Below, one piece after another: positions 18,168-29,037 of a stretch of 64,000 nucleotides of DNA (the first letter of the stretch is position 1; every line of letters starts with the position of its first letter). This stretch comes from Endomicrobiales bacterium (GTDB lineage Bacteria; Elusimicrobiota; Endomicrobiia; Endomicrobiales; JALOBY01), in the NCBI GenBank assembly GCA_963796955.1, contig CAWCNJ010000008.1, positions 128,001-192,000 of the forward strand, read 5' to 3'. The notes under the pieces were generated by a model that saw only the letters and a program-made list of their open reading frames with translations, was not told the DNA's origin and did no database searches. The position numbers and the translations under genes were made by a program.

Positions 18168-19970
18168 ATGAGATCACTTACCAAAAATACTGGCGTTATC
18201 TTTTCATTGTGGTTCATCCTGCTTGCCGGGGTAACCGCATATCTGCCGACGTTGCACAATAGTTTCGTTAACCTTGATGATAACATCATGGTTACCGAAA
18301 ATCCCGTTGTAAAAACACTCAACCTGCGTAATATCAAAACAATACTTACCGAACCGCACGCGGGACTCTACCATCCGGTAGTACTGCTTTCATATGCGGT
18401 AGAGTATCATTTTGCGGGCCTTGATCCCGCGGTGTTCCACGCAACGAACCTCTTTCTTCACGTAACCTCCTGTCTGCTGGTGTTCTGGCTGATCTATCTT
18501 CTTTGCGGCAGTAAATCGACCGCCTTTGTTTCGGGCCTTCTATTCGCCGTGCACCCGCTGCATGTGGAATCAGTCGCCTGGATCAGCGAAAGAAAGGACA
18601 TGTTGTACGCCGTCTTCTTTCTTTCGGCTATGATCAGCTATCTCTACTTTCGTATAAAGCTTTCGCGCACCGGTTATTTGCTGGCCTTATTATTCTTTGT
18701 CCTGTCGTTGTTGTCAAAGCCTATGGCCATCACACTGCCGGCGGTGCTGTTGTTGCTGGATTATCTGAAGGAAAACCGCCTGAACAGCCGCGATTGGGAG
18801 AATAAAATACCGTTCTTATTTTTAGCTATTGTGTTCGGGTGCGTCGCGCTTGGCGCGCATTATCCCGAAACGGCGCTGTCGGCGGGCAAAGGCACTATGT
18901 TCTCCTTAGTCCCTCATTCGCTTAATGCCGCCTTTAACATTATCTTTTATATAAAAAAATTCTTTCTGCCGACCAGTCTTGCCTGCGCCTATCCCTATTC
19001 GACAAAACTCTACACGGTGATACCCGGGTATTATTACTCAGCTGTTCCTCTGGCGGCGGCTTTTATCGCCTTGGCTGTTTCTATTTCCAAACGCTCAAAA
19101 ACGATCGCGTTCGGTATTCTCTTTTTTCTTGTCACGGTCGCGCCCGTACTGCAATTGGTCCCGGTCGGCATTGAACTGCCCGGCGACAGATACATGTACC
19201 TGCCTTCTATAGGGCTGATCTATATTGTTGCAGTCGGCTTGATAAAACTATACAAGGGCGATAACACGGTCCTTCGGGGAGTCTCAGTATTGCTGATCGC
19301 CGGTATATCTATTTCTCTGGCCGGTGCTACGATACGGCAAACTAAGGTTTGGCACGACAGCCTTTCCCTGTGGGATAGCGCGATAGCCCGGTACCCTTCG
19401 GTGTATTTTTCATACCTGAACAGGGCCGATGCCTGGCAGGAGAAAGGCAATTATGCTCTCGCCTTCGCCGATTACGAAACCTGTCTGCGCCTGAAGCCGG
19501 ATTGCGCGAAGGCCTATAATAACCGCGGGAATCTCTACGCCCGGCTTAACGATACTTCCCGGGCGCTCAATGATTACGCCGTTGCGATCGGCATTGCGAA
19601 AACATACGCCGCGCCTTACTACAACAGGGCGGTGCTGTTAGCCCGTATGGGACGAACGGATGAAGCCGCCGGGGATTACTTGTCCGCTATCGAACGGAAC
19701 CCCCGCGATGTTATGAGTTACAACAATCTGGCGGTTATCAGCGCAAGACGCCATGATTTTCACGAGGCGATCAAACTGTTGAGCAGTGCTATCAGTATCG
19801 ATGGTAATCTTTTTGAGGCTTACCGTAACCGAGGGTGCGCGTATGCCTGCCTGAACCAAAACTATCTTGCGATGAAAGACGCCGCGGCCCTGGATACGTT
19901 CGGGCACCGGCAGGACGCCGCATTTATACGGCATATTCTGAAGAAAGAGGCGGCAGATGGAAGTTTGTGA
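18168..19970 (+). CDS. TMTC-like GT-C membrane glycosyltransferase with C-terminal TPRs
   Basis: FVNLDD acidic loop, YHPV, HPLHVESVAWISERKD, SKPMA, DRYMYLP, multiple TM helices, TPRs (AYNNRG). Confidence 0.85.
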   Translation: MRSLTKNTGVIFSLWFILLAGVTAYLPTLHNSFVNLDDNIMVTENPVVKTLNLRNIKTILTEPHAGLYHPVVLLSYAVEYHFAGLDPAVFHATNLFLHVTSCLLVFWLIYLLCGSKSTAFVSGLLFAVHPLHVESVAWISERKDMLYAVFFLSAMISYLYFRIKLSRTGYLLALLFFVLSLLSKPMAITLPAVLLLLDYLKENRLNSRDWENKIPFLFLAIVFGCVALGAHYPETALSAGKGTMFSLVPHSLNAAFNIIFYIKKFFLPTSLACAYPYSTKLYTVIPGYYYSAVPLAAAFIALAVSISKRSKTIAFGILFFLVTVAPVLQLVPVGIELPGDRYMYLPSIGLIYIVAVGLIKLYKGDNTVLRGVSVLLIAGISISLAGATIRQTKVWHDSLSLWDSAIARYPSVYFSYLNRADAWQEKGNYALAFADYETCLRLKPDCAKAYNNRGNLYARLNDTSRALNDYAVAIGIAKTYAAPYYNRAVLLARMGRTDEAAGDYLSAIERNPRDVMSYNNLAVISARRHDFHEAIKLLSSAISIDGNLFEAYRNRGCAYACLNQNYLAMKDAAALDTFGHRQDAAFIRHILKKEAADGSL

Positions 19971-21042
19971 TATTACATTCATGAAACGGGCCATAGCGCT
20001 GGCAAGGCTCGGCAAGGGCCAGGTTGAACCAAACCCCATGGTCGGGGCCGTGCTGGTAAAAAACGGCAAAGTGATCGGGGAAGGTTATCACAAGAAATTC
20101 GGCGGACCCCATGCCGAGATACACGCACTGGCTGCGGCCGGACAGAATGCAGGCGGCGCAACCGTATATGTAACCCTTGAACCGTGTAACCATCAGGGAA
20201 AGACACCGCCTTGCACGGACGCATTGATAAAAGCCGGCGTAAAAACAGTTTTTGCCGCTACGTACGACCCAAATCCGCGGGTCGCGGGCGCCGGTATCGC
20301 CCGTCTCAAGAGAGCGGGGATCGAAACGAATATCGGACTTCTCGCTTCTTCCGCCCGGAAACTGCTGACCGGTTACCGTAAACATGTTGCCTGCTGCAAG
20401 CCTCATGTTATCGTAAAGATGGCTATGTCGCTGGATGGGAAGATCGCCTCGCGGACAGGTAACTCAAAATGGATAACCGGCACTCGGGCCAGGGAATGGG
20501 TGCACGTGCTGCGCAGTAAAATGGATGCGGTGCTGGTGGGCATTGGTACGGTTTTGGCTGATGATCCGGAATTGACCAGCCATGGCAAGGGGCGCAATCC
20601 CATCAGGGTGATTATTGATAAAGATCTGGCAATACCGCTTAAAAGCAAGGTTTTAAATACAAAAATAGCGCCAACAATAGTAATCCACAGCACAGAAAAC
20701 CACAGACAAAAGATCGCGCGGCTCATAGAAATGGGTGTTTTGCCTGTTTTCATAACGAATGCTTTGGAACCATACTTCAAGTATGTTATTCAACAATTAT
20801 CAAATATGTCTGTGTTTTCAATACTAATTGAGGGTGGCGGTGAAACGGTTGCTGCAGCCTTGAAAGCTAAAGTGGTAGATGAGTATTTTCAATTTATCGC
20901 ACCAAAATTAGTAGGAGGAAGAGAGGCAAAAACACCTGTGGAAGGTCTGGGGATAACTCAAATTTCGCAGGCGGTGACCTTTAAGAGTGTGAAGTACGGT
21001 AAAATCGGCCAGGACATACTGGTTAAAGGCCGGATCAAATAA
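19957..21042 (+). CDS. ribD: Riboflavin biosynthesis deaminase/reductase
   Basis: PNPMVG, HAE, TLEPCNHQGKTPPC, SLDGKIA, EGGG. Confidence 0.97.
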   Translation: MEVCDITFMKRAIALARLGKGQVEPNPMVGAVLVKNGKVIGEGYHKKFGGPHAEIHALAAAGQNAGGATVYVTLEPCNHQGKTPPCTDALIKAGVKTVFAATYDPNPRVAGAGIARLKRAGIETNIGLLASSARKLLTGYRKHVACCKPHVIVKMAMSLDGKIASRTGNSKWITGTRAREWVHVLRSKMDAVLVGIGTVLADDPELTSHGKGRNPIRVIIDKDLAIPLKSKVLNTKIAPTIVIHSTENHRQKIARLIEMGVLPVFITNALEPYFKYVIQQLSNMSVFSILIEGGGETVAAALKAKVVDEYFQFIAPKLVGGREAKTPVEGLGITQISQAVTFKSVKYGKIGQDILVKGRIK

Positions 21043-21043
21043 T

Positions 21044-21664
21044 ATGTTCACCGGGATCATAGAGGACCTTGGCACAGTGGATTCAATGGCCAAAGGCGTT
21101 ATTACGGTTAAAACAAGACTTGCTGATATCGCTATTGGCGATAGTGTTGCCATTAACGGTATTTGCCTGACAGCCACCGCTGTAAAGAATACTATTCTTT
21201 CATTTGATTTTACACCTGAAACGCTGTCTGTGACAACCATCTCAACTCTTAAGATTGGGGAAAAAGTGAATTTAGAACGCGCTATGAAAGCTTCCGGACG
21301 GCTTGGCGGACATATCGTAAGCGGTCACGTTGAAGCGATTGGCGGCGTGCTCTCAGTTACCAGGACGGGTAACTCCCATGTTTTCAAATTCTCATTGCCT
21401 GAAAACATCGAACGGTATGTTGTAGCAAAAGGCTCGATAGCGATAGACGGCATATCCCTGACCGTCGTTGAAACCGGAAAAGATTGGTTCACGGTATCAG
21501 TGATACCGCATACCATGGACACGACCACGCTTCAGACACGCAAGCGCGGAATGAAGGTGAACCTGGAGGCCGATATACTGGCCAGATATAATGAAAAAAC
21601 GCGGGCCAACGATGCCCGGCCCCGTCTGAGCAGCAGCTTCCTTAAGGAGAATGGATTTTTATGA
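21044..21664 (+). CDS. ribE: Riboflavin synthase (alpha)
   Basis: MFTGII, GDSVAINGICLT, VNLERA, GGHIVSGH. Confidence 0.97.
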   Translation: MFTGIIEDLGTVDSMAKGVITVKTRLADIAIGDSVAINGICLTATAVKNTILSFDFTPETLSVTTISTLKIGEKVNLERAMKASGRLGGHIVSGHVEAIGGVLSVTRTGNSHVFKFSLPENIERYVVAKGSIAIDGISLTVVETGKDWFTVSVIPHTMDTTTLQTRKRGMKVNLEADILARYNEKTRANDARPRLSSSFLKENGFL

Positions 21665-22869
21665 AGAAAGATTTCGCATCGATACCGGTCGCGCTTAATG
21701 AAATAAGGAAGGGGAATGCCGTCGTTGTTGTGGACGATCCTGACAGGGAGAATGAGGGCGACCTGGTGTTTGCAGCCGAGAAAGTTACGCCTAAGCTGAT
21801 AAACTTCATGGCGACATTCGGGCGCGGCCTTATCTGCATGCCCATGGAAGGTGAGCGCCTGGATAAGCTTGATATACTGCCGATGGTCGCGGTCAACACC
21901 GATAAGCGCGAGACGGCTTTTACGGTTTCGGTAGACGCTAAAGAAGGCACGACGACCGGGATATCGGCGCATGACCGTGCGACAACCGTTCTCTCTCTCA
22001 TATCGCCCAAGGCAAAAGCCGGGGATTTCGCCCGGCCCGGGCATATATTCCCCTTGCGTTATAAAACCGGCGGGGTTCTGGTCCGCACAGGGCATACTGA
22101 AGCATCCGTTGACCTTGCCCGCATGGCCGGTTTATACCCCGCGGGGGTCATCTGCGAGATAATGCATGAGAACGGCACGATGGCGCGGCTGCCGGAGCTG
22201 ATGAAGTTTGCCCGCAGGCATCACATCAAGATAATAACTATCTCAGACTTGATAGAGTATCGGCGTAAAACAGAAAAACTAGTGAAGAAACTGGATGTCG
22301 TGAACCTGCCGACGCACCACGGCAGTTTTAAACTGCACCTGTATGAAGACCAGATAACGAAAGATAATCATATTGCCCTGGTCAAAGGTGAGGTTTGCGG
22401 TAAAAAGAGCGTGCTCACCCGCGTTCATTCGTCCTGCACGACCGGCGATATCTTTCATTCCATGCGCTGCGACTGCGGACAACAGCTGCTCTGCGCGATG
22501 GAAAAGATAGAAAAAGAAGGAGCGGGTGTTGTGCTGTATATGAATCAGGAAGGCCGCGGTATCGGCCTTGCCAACAAGATCCATGCCTACAAACTGCAGG
22601 AGCAGGGGATGGATACCGTTGAGGCCAATCTTGCCCTCGGTTTTCCGGCAGATCTGCGCGATTACGGCATCGGGGCGCAGATACTTGCCGATCTTGGTCT
22701 GACAACGATCCGGCTCATGACGAACAATCCGAGAAAGATAAAGGGGATAACCGGCTACGGCCTAAAAGTAGTTGAGCGGGTCCCGCTTCAGATACAACCA
22801 TTGTCCGCGAACAAAAGATATCTCAAAACGAAACAAAAAAAGATGGGACATTTGCTGAATATTATTTAA
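21661..22869 (+). CDS. ribBA: DHBP synthase / GTP cyclohydrolase II
   Basis: DRENEGD, TTGISA.DR, GHTEA, RVHS.C.TGD..HS.RCDCG, QEGRGIG. Confidence 0.97.
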   Translation: MKKDFASIPVALNEIRKGNAVVVVDDPDRENEGDLVFAAEKVTPKLINFMATFGRGLICMPMEGERLDKLDILPMVAVNTDKRETAFTVSVDAKEGTTTGISAHDRATTVLSLISPKAKAGDFARPGHIFPLRYKTGGVLVRTGHTEASVDLARMAGLYPAGVICEIMHENGTMARLPELMKFARRHHIKIITISDLIEYRRKTEKLVKKLDVVNLPTHHGSFKLHLYEDQITKDNHIALVKGEVCGKKSVLTRVHSSCTTGDIFHSMRCDCGQQLLCAMEKIEKEGAGVVLYMNQEGRGIGLANKIHAYKLQEQGMDTVEANLALGFPADLRDYGIGAQILADLGLTTIRLMTNNPRKIKGITGYGLKVVERVPLQIQPLSANKRYLKTKQKKMGHLLNII

Positions 22870-22881
22870 AGGAGAAAAAAA

Positions 22882-23346
22882 ATGATCAAGACGCTTTCAG
22901 GCAAGATGGATGCATCGACAAAGAAGTTCGGTGTGGTGATAGCCAGGTTCAATGAGTTCATTACTTCAAAACTGCTCGACGGCGCAGTCGACGCGATCGT
23001 CCGCCACGGCGGAGACGAGCGCAATATAGAGGTCGCCTGGGTACCCGGCGCCTACGAGATACCTGCAGTAGCTCAGAAAATGTCAAAGGCCAAAAAGTAC
23101 GACGCGATAATCTGCCTCGGCTGCGTTATTAAAGGCGATACGCCTCATTTTGATTATGTGGCCGCTGAAGTTTCTAAAGGCGTCGCTCAGGCCGGTATGG
23201 ATAGCACCGTTCCTGTGATCTTTGGCGTGCTGACAACAGACAACATAGAGCAAGCTATTGAACGCGCAGGAACGAAGGCTGGCAATAAGGGCTCTGATGC
23301 GGCGCTTGCGGCAATTGAAATGGCGAACTTGTTCAAACAACTGTAA
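22882..23346 (+). CDS. ribH: Lumazine synthase
   Basis: [29 protein letters not shown]. Confidence 0.97.
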   Translation: MIKTLSGKMDASTKKFGVVIARFNEFITSKLLDGAVDAIVRHGGDERNIEVAWVPGAYEIPAVAQKMSKAKKYDAIICLGCVIKGDTPHFDYVAAEVSKGVAQAGMDSTVPVIFGVLTTDNIEQAIERAGTKAGNKGSDAALAAIEMANLFKQL

Positions 23347-23350
23347 GTAA

Positions 23351-24982
23351 GTGATGATTCGATCACTTCGACGTTTACTTGATGACCATCCTGATGTGGT
23401 CGCTATTGTTGTAATGAGTACGCTTATTTTTGCTGTCTATGCTCGATCACTTTGGTTTGGCGTTTCTGGTTGGGATGATGTCGATCTATATCGGTACTGC
23501 AAAACCTTGGATCCCTCATTTGCATCGCTTAAGCACATTTTTACACATGTTCTTCTCACAGGCAGGTTCAATTATTATTATCGTCCGATCCTCGTTCTTC
23601 CTTTCTTAGCCGAGACACACCTGCCGAACACATATCTCGTTGCACATGCTATCAATATTGTGTTTCATTTAGGAACATGTCTCGCGTTTTATTTTATTCT
23701 CAAATATTTGAACGTCAAGCAGAGTAAAGCACTGTTTTTATCTTCAATATTCGCTGTTCATCCTGCGCTTACATCTGCCGTTGCATGGATCCCCGGAAGG
23801 AATGATTCCATGCTTGGTTTATGCCTGATGGGTTCTATGTTTTTTTTAATGAAGTTAATCGAAACCGGCAAGGCACGATATGCAGTATTTCATCTCTCTT
23901 TGCTGGCTGTTTCTCTTTTTACTAAAGAGACGGCAATTATTTATCTAATTTTCTTGGCACCCTATTTATTTTTGTTGCCGAGGACATTAATGACGGGCGA
24001 TCTAAAGATCAAACTATATCTTTGTTGGTTCATGGTGGCTATGCTTTGGATTGTGTTGAGGTCAAAGGCGGTTGGCCTATATCCTGCACAAGATTTATTA
24101 AATAATAAATATTTCTATACCATTATCCTTAGTTACATTGGTAAGGTCTTTGTACCGATTTATTTGTCAAACTTTCCCAGTCCCCAGGACCTGTATTGGC
24201 TATCAGGTCTGTTGGTCTTGATAGCTGGTATGGCGCTATTAATAAGGGCACGTTTCTGGAGGGATCTTGGCATGATGTTCGGTGTCACGTGGTTTGCAAT
24301 TGGTATCATTTCAGCTGCAATTTTTAATATCAGCAGCGCTTTTGAACATCGCCTATATGTGCCGATACTGGGGTTGTTGTTCATGTTTAAAGGATCCTCG
24401 TTGGTAAGCATATTGACAAAAAAAACAAAGACATGGGTGTGCATCATAATCATCTTGACGCTTGCATCATGCACTTTTGAATATACCTCTGTATACAAAA
24501 ACGAGCATACGTTCTGGAATAATGCGATCATCACATCGCCGCATAATTCGATCGCATACATAAAGATCGCCAATATCTTTTTGTTAGAAAATAAACCTGA
24601 TCTTGTCATTAGGTCATGTAAGATCGCATATACTATTTCACGGAACAGCGGGCTCATAGATTACAATAAGATTTATCCGATTACTACGCTCCTGGTTTTA
24701 GTTAATGATTTTACTGATGCTCAAAATATTCTTATTGAAACGACAAAGGCTAATCTTGGCCAGCCGGCCTGGTTGTACATTCAATACGCTCAAATATGTG
24801 AAAAAACAGGTGAAAATGTACACGCAATTGAACTCGCACGCCATGCTCTACGCATAGACAACGCGAATGCAGAGTATTGTATGTATTTGAGTAAACTTTT
24901 GTACAAACAAGGGAATACTCATAATGCAAGGATATATGAAACAATGGCTCTGCATGAGGGTCAGAGTGGAAAGAATGAGTAA
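23351..24982 (+). CDS. Second TMTC-like GT-C/TPR membrane glycosyltransferase (AT-rich)
   Basis: GWDD, YYRPI, HP..TSAVAWIPGRND, TKETA, EHRLYVP, degenerate TPRs. Confidence 0.8.
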   Translation: MMIRSLRRLLDDHPDVVAIVVMSTLIFAVYARSLWFGVSGWDDVDLYRYCKTLDPSFASLKHIFTHVLLTGRFNYYYRPILVLPFLAETHLPNTYLVAHAINIVFHLGTCLAFYFILKYLNVKQSKALFLSSIFAVHPALTSAVAWIPGRNDSMLGLCLMGSMFFLMKLIETGKARYAVFHLSLLAVSLFTKETAIIYLIFLAPYLFLLPRTLMTGDLKIKLYLCWFMVAMLWIVLRSKAVGLYPAQDLLNNKYFYTIILSYIGKVFVPIYLSNFPSPQDLYWLSGLLVLIAGMALLIRARFWRDLGMMFGVTWFAIGIISAAIFNISSAFEHRLYVPILGLLFMFKGSSLVSILTKKTKTWVCIIIILTLASCTFEYTSVYKNEHTFWNNAIITSPHNSIAYIKIANIFLLENKPDLVIRSCKIAYTISRNSGLIDYNKIYPITTLLVLVNDFTDAQNILIETTKANLGQPAWLYIQYAQICEKTGENVHAIELARHALRIDNANAEYCMYLSKLLYKQGNTHNARIYETMALHEGQSGKNE

Positions 24983-25122
24983 ACCTATCTACTGTTAAAG
25001 AGTAATACACTATATGCCGTACAATTGTTGGCGCGCAGATGCACAATTTCTTCTTTATTTTTCCAGCCTAATTTGATAAAATCCTTTAATTGGCAATTAT
25101 ATTTTTCAAAGGATACTCCTTT

Positions 25123-27765
25123 ATGTTCCAGTCATTTGTTTATAAAATATTCGGCTCACCTAACGATCGCGAACTTAAAAAATTATTCCCTATAGTCGCG
25201 GCGGTAAACGAGTTTGAACCGGCTATCTCGGCCTTGAGCGATGAACAACTGCGTGCAAAAACCGTTGAGTTCCGCGAACGCCTGACGGCTGGCGAAACTC
25301 TTGATGATATCGCTCCCGAGGCATTTGCCTGCGTCCGGGAGGCCTCTAAACGTACGACCGGCCTGAGGCACTTCGATGTGCAGCTTATCGGCGGTTCTGT
25401 CCTTCATAAGGGTAAGATTGCCGAAATGCGCACCGGTGAAGGTAAAACGCTGGTCGCCACACTGGCCGCTTATTTGAACGCTATCGAAGGCCTGGGTGTG
25501 CATATTGTTACCGTTAACGATTACCTGGCTAAACGCGACCGCAACTGGATGGGACCGATATTTGAGTTCCTTGGTTTGACGGTAGGCTTTGTGCAGCACG
25601 ATATGCCGAACGAGGATCGCCGCAAGTCATATGCCTGTGATATCACGTACGTAACGAACAACGAAATAGGGTTCGATTATCTGCGCGATAACATGGTCAT
25701 TTCAAAAGACGAGCGCGTATTGCGCCCGCTCAATTTTGCCGTCGTTGACGAAGTCGACTCAATACTTATCGACGAAGCACGTACGCCCCTTATCATATCC
25801 GGTCCCGCCGAAGAATCTACCGATAAATATTATATATGCAACCGCATCGTGCCGCACCTGAAAGGCCGAAAGATCACGGAATCAGAGGAAATAGATGCGA
25901 AATATTCCGGCGCGGACCTTGCGGCCGGCTACGATTATCTGATCGACGAAAAGAACCATACGATAGTGCTGACGGAACCCGGGGTACAAAAGTCCGAGAA
26001 ACTGCTGGGGATCAAAAACATTTACGACGATCTGCAGACCGAATGGGTCCACCACATGAACCAGGCGCTGCGGGCGCATGCGCTTTACCTGAAAGATGTC
26101 CACTACGTCGTTAAAGACGGCGAAGTGATCATCGTCGACGAATTTACCGGCCGTTTAATGCCGGGGCGCCGCTGGTCGGAGGGGTTGCACCAGGCTGTTG
26201 AAGCGAAAGAAGGCCTTAAGATCGCCTCCGAGAACCAGACCCTGGCGACCATAACATTCCAGAACTATTTCAGGATGTACAAAAAACTTTCAGGTATGAC
26301 CGGTACGGCTGTTACAGAAGCCGGGGAATTCTGGTCAATTTATAAACTGTCGGTCGTAGAGATACCCACGAACCAGCCGGTCTCGCGCATAGACTATTCG
26401 GATGTGATCTACCGCACGGAAAAAGAGAAGTTCGAGGCTATAATCGGTGAAATAGAAAAATTGTGGAAAAAGAACCAGCCGGTACTTGTCGGTACCCGCT
26501 CTATCGAAAAATCGGAAAAACTCTCCAATATGCTGCGCCGTAAGGGCGTGCCTCACCAGGTGCTGAACGCTAAATACCATGAAATGGAAGCACAGATCAT
26601 CGCGCAGGCCGGCAAGAAAGCGGCGGTCACTATCGCCACGAACATGGCAGGACGAGGCACCGACATTGTGCTGGGCGGCAACCCCGCCGACCCTGAGAAC
26701 GCCGAAGCCGTTAAAGGCGCCGGCGGCCTGCATATTCTCGGCACCGAACGGCATGAAGCGCGGCGTATCGACAATCAGCTCAGGGGTCGTTCAGGTCGTC
26801 AGGGCGACCCGGGCTCATCACGTTTTTTCCTTTCGCTGGAAGACGAACTGATGCGCCTGTTCGGCTCCGACCGGATCTCCACCATTATGCAGCGCCTGGG
26901 CATGCAGGAAGGGGAAGAGATACAGCATCCCTGGATAAACAAAGCCATAGAGAACGCACAGCGTAAAGTTGAAGCGATGAACTTCGATATCCGTAAACAT
27001 TTGCTGGAATACGATAACGTGATGAACAAGCAGCGCGAGGTCGTCTACCGTCTGCGCAGCGAGATACTGGAAGGCGAGGACGTTTCTATAACCGTCAAGG
27101 ACATGATCAACGAGAACCTGGAAGAGAAAGTCGCCATGTGGGCGAATGAAAAAGTGTACCCCGAGGAATGGGACTGGGTTCAGCTGGAAGCGTGGCTGGA
27201 ACGCACGTTCAATATAAAACTTGGTCTGAGCGAGGAAGATAAACTGACGCAGCGGCCCGAAAGCCTGCGCGCCCTTATCCAGGAAAAAGTGGATGAGGTC
27301 TTCGCCAGGCGCGAGACGGAACTGACCCCGGACTTTATGCAGCACATACAGCGCATGATCCTGCTGCAGATGATAGATACCGCCTGGAAAGAACATCTAT
27401 ACGACCTGGATCAGGTCAAAAAAGGTATCGGCCTGAGAGCTTACGCGCAAAAAGATCCTCTGATAGAATATCAAAAGGAATCCTTTCTTATGTTCGAAGC
27501 GATGATGCACCGCATAAGCGAGGCGACCGTAGAATATCTTTTCAAAGTACAGGTAAACGTGCAGGCGCCGAGGCGTCCGGTCATACATGTCGGCGGCAGC
27601 GATTCGCCTCAGGAGCCGCAGCCCCAGGCCGCTCAACAAATGCCGTTCGGGCAGCCCGCCATGCAGGCAACGGTCTCAAAACCGGTTATGCCCGAAAAGC
27701 TCGGGCGTAACGACCCATGCCCTTGCGGCAGCGGGAAAAAATACAAGAAATGCTGCGGTAAATAG
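25123..27765 (+). CDS. secA: Preprotein translocase ATPase SecA
   Basis: [50 protein letters not shown] 25123. Confidence 0.98.
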   Translation: MFQSFVYKIFGSPNDRELKKLFPIVAAVNEFEPAISALSDEQLRAKTVEFRERLTAGETLDDIAPEAFACVREASKRTTGLRHFDVQLIGGSVLHKGKIAEMRTGEGKTLVATLAAYLNAIEGLGVHIVTVNDYLAKRDRNWMGPIFEFLGLTVGFVQHDMPNEDRRKSYACDITYVTNNEIGFDYLRDNMVISKDERVLRPLNFAVVDEVDSILIDEARTPLIISGPAEESTDKYYICNRIVPHLKGRKITESEEIDAKYSGADLAAGYDYLIDEKNHTIVLTEPGVQKSEKLLGIKNIYDDLQTEWVHHMNQALRAHALYLKDVHYVVKDGEVIIVDEFTGRLMPGRRWSEGLHQAVEAKEGLKIASENQTLATITFQNYFRMYKKLSGMTGTAVTEAGEFWSIYKLSVVEIPTNQPVSRIDYSDVIYRTEKEKFEAIIGEIEKLWKKNQPVLVGTRSIEKSEKLSNMLRRKGVPHQVLNAKYHEMEAQIIAQAGKKAAVTIATNMAGRGTDIVLGGNPADPENAEAVKGAGGLHILGTERHEARRIDNQLRGRSGRQGDPGSSRFFLSLEDELMRLFGSDRISTIMQRLGMQEGEEIQHPWINKAIENAQRKVEAMNFDIRKHLLEYDNVMNKQREVVYRLRSEILEGEDVSITVKDMINENLEEKVAMWANEKVYPEEWDWVQLEAWLERTFNIKLGLSEEDKLTQRPESLRALIQEKVDEVFARRETELTPDFMQHIQRMILLQMIDTAWKEHLYDLDQVKKGIGLRAYAQKDPLIEYQKESFLMFEAMMHRISEATVEYLFKVQVNVQAPRRPVIHVGGSDSPQEPQPQAAQQMPFGQPAMQATVSKPVMPEKLGRNDPCPCGSGKKYKKCCGK

Positions 27766-27782
27766 AATCGGAGAATATATAC

Positions 27783-29033
27783 ATGAAAAAAGCGGCAGCG
27801 ATCAGGAAAACCGTTAAGGCTAAAAATAACAGCAAAGACCTTAAGACCGAAATAGAGTTGTTGTATAATTTGATCGAAATAATAGGACAGACCGATAAGC
27901 TTGACCTGATGGTAGCGCAGATGGCGAACGCGCTGGCCGCGGCGATGGTGTGCGACAGTTGCCTGATCTATCTTGCCGATCAGACGAACTGCAATCTGGT
28001 ACTGTCGGGCGCGTATCCGCCGCACCCGTCCCAGCTGGGAAAAATACGGCTTGGTTCCGGCGAAGGCATAACCGGCTGGGTCGCGGAACATAAAAAGCCC
28101 GTGGCCTTGTGCGAAGACGCGAGCAGCGACCCGCGGTTCAAGGTATTTCAAAACCTGCCGGAAGATAAATTCGAGGCCTTCCTTTCCGTGCCGGTCTTGC
28201 TGCAGGGAGAGGTGATCGGCGTTATTAACCTGATGAATAATAAACGGAGGCAGTTCTCCGCCAACAACATCAAACTGGTCAGTTCCATTTCTTCACAGAT
28301 CGCGGGCGCTATTGAGAAGGCGCGCCTGCAAAAATCGGCCCGTTTCAAGAACCAGCAGATCGAGCTGGTCTCCCAGCTCTCACGCTCAATGGTCTCCGGC
28401 TCGTATTTGTCCGAAATACTGCAGCTGATCGTTACCATGACCGCCCAGACGATGAACTCCAAGATATGCTCGTTGATGCTCTACGACGAAAAGGCCCAGG
28501 AATTGAAGATCGCGGCCACACAATCCCTTTCAGAGGACTACAAGAAAAAGCCCGCTTTGAAACTGGACAAATCGATTGCCGGCCGCGTCATAAAAGAACG
28601 CACCGCGATCAGCATTAAGGATGTGACCGCCGATCCCCGTTACAGCTACCCGGATATCGCGCGTAAGGAAGGTCTTAAAAGCATGCTTGCGGTGCCGATG
28701 CTTATAAAAGGCCGTCCTATAGGTGTTATTAATTGTTACACCACCAGCGAACATGAATTTACTGAAGATGAAACAGCGATGCTGCAAACGATAGCCAATC
28801 AGGCCGCTCTCGCGATAGAGAACACGCGCCTTCTGGAAGAATCGCAGAACGCGAAGGAAGCTCTAGAGAACCGCAAGATCATTGAACGTGCGAAAGGCAT
28901 TCTTATGCGTCAGCGAGGGATCAGCGAGTCGGAAGCTTTTCAATTCGTTCAACGCCAGGCGATGAATATGCGCCGTACCATGAAAGAGATCGCCGAGGCT
29001 ATCCTGCTGAGCGACGGCATCGCCAACCCCTGA
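27783..29033 (+). CDS. GAF-GAF-ANTAR RNA-binding regulator
   Basis: Two GAF domains (GEGITGWVA..DPRF; DPRY..SMLAVPM) and ANTAR RKIIERAKGILM...AF..Q.QAM..R..MKEIAEAI. Confidence 0.9.
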   Translation: MKKAAAIRKTVKAKNNSKDLKTEIELLYNLIEIIGQTDKLDLMVAQMANALAAAMVCDSCLIYLADQTNCNLVLSGAYPPHPSQLGKIRLGSGEGITGWVAEHKKPVALCEDASSDPRFKVFQNLPEDKFEAFLSVPVLLQGEVIGVINLMNNKRRQFSANNIKLVSSISSQIAGAIEKARLQKSARFKNQQIELVSQLSRSMVSGSYLSEILQLIVTMTAQTMNSKICSLMLYDEKAQELKIAATQSLSEDYKKKPALKLDKSIAGRVIKERTAISIKDVTADPRYSYPDIARKEGLKSMLAVPMLIKGRPIGVINCYTTSEHEFTEDETAMLQTIANQAALAIENTRLLEESQNAKEALENRKIIERAKGILMRQRGISESEAFQFVQRQAMNMRRTMKEIAEAILLSDGIANP

Positions 29034-29037
29034 CACG

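Noticed and set aside
25029..25043. sigma54-like TGGCGCG...TGCA upstream of secA
   Set aside because: GG to GC spacing is 9 nt rather than the required 10.
26670..26730. SecA lacking the variable (VAR) subdomain
   Set aside because: Known, common length variation in SecA.
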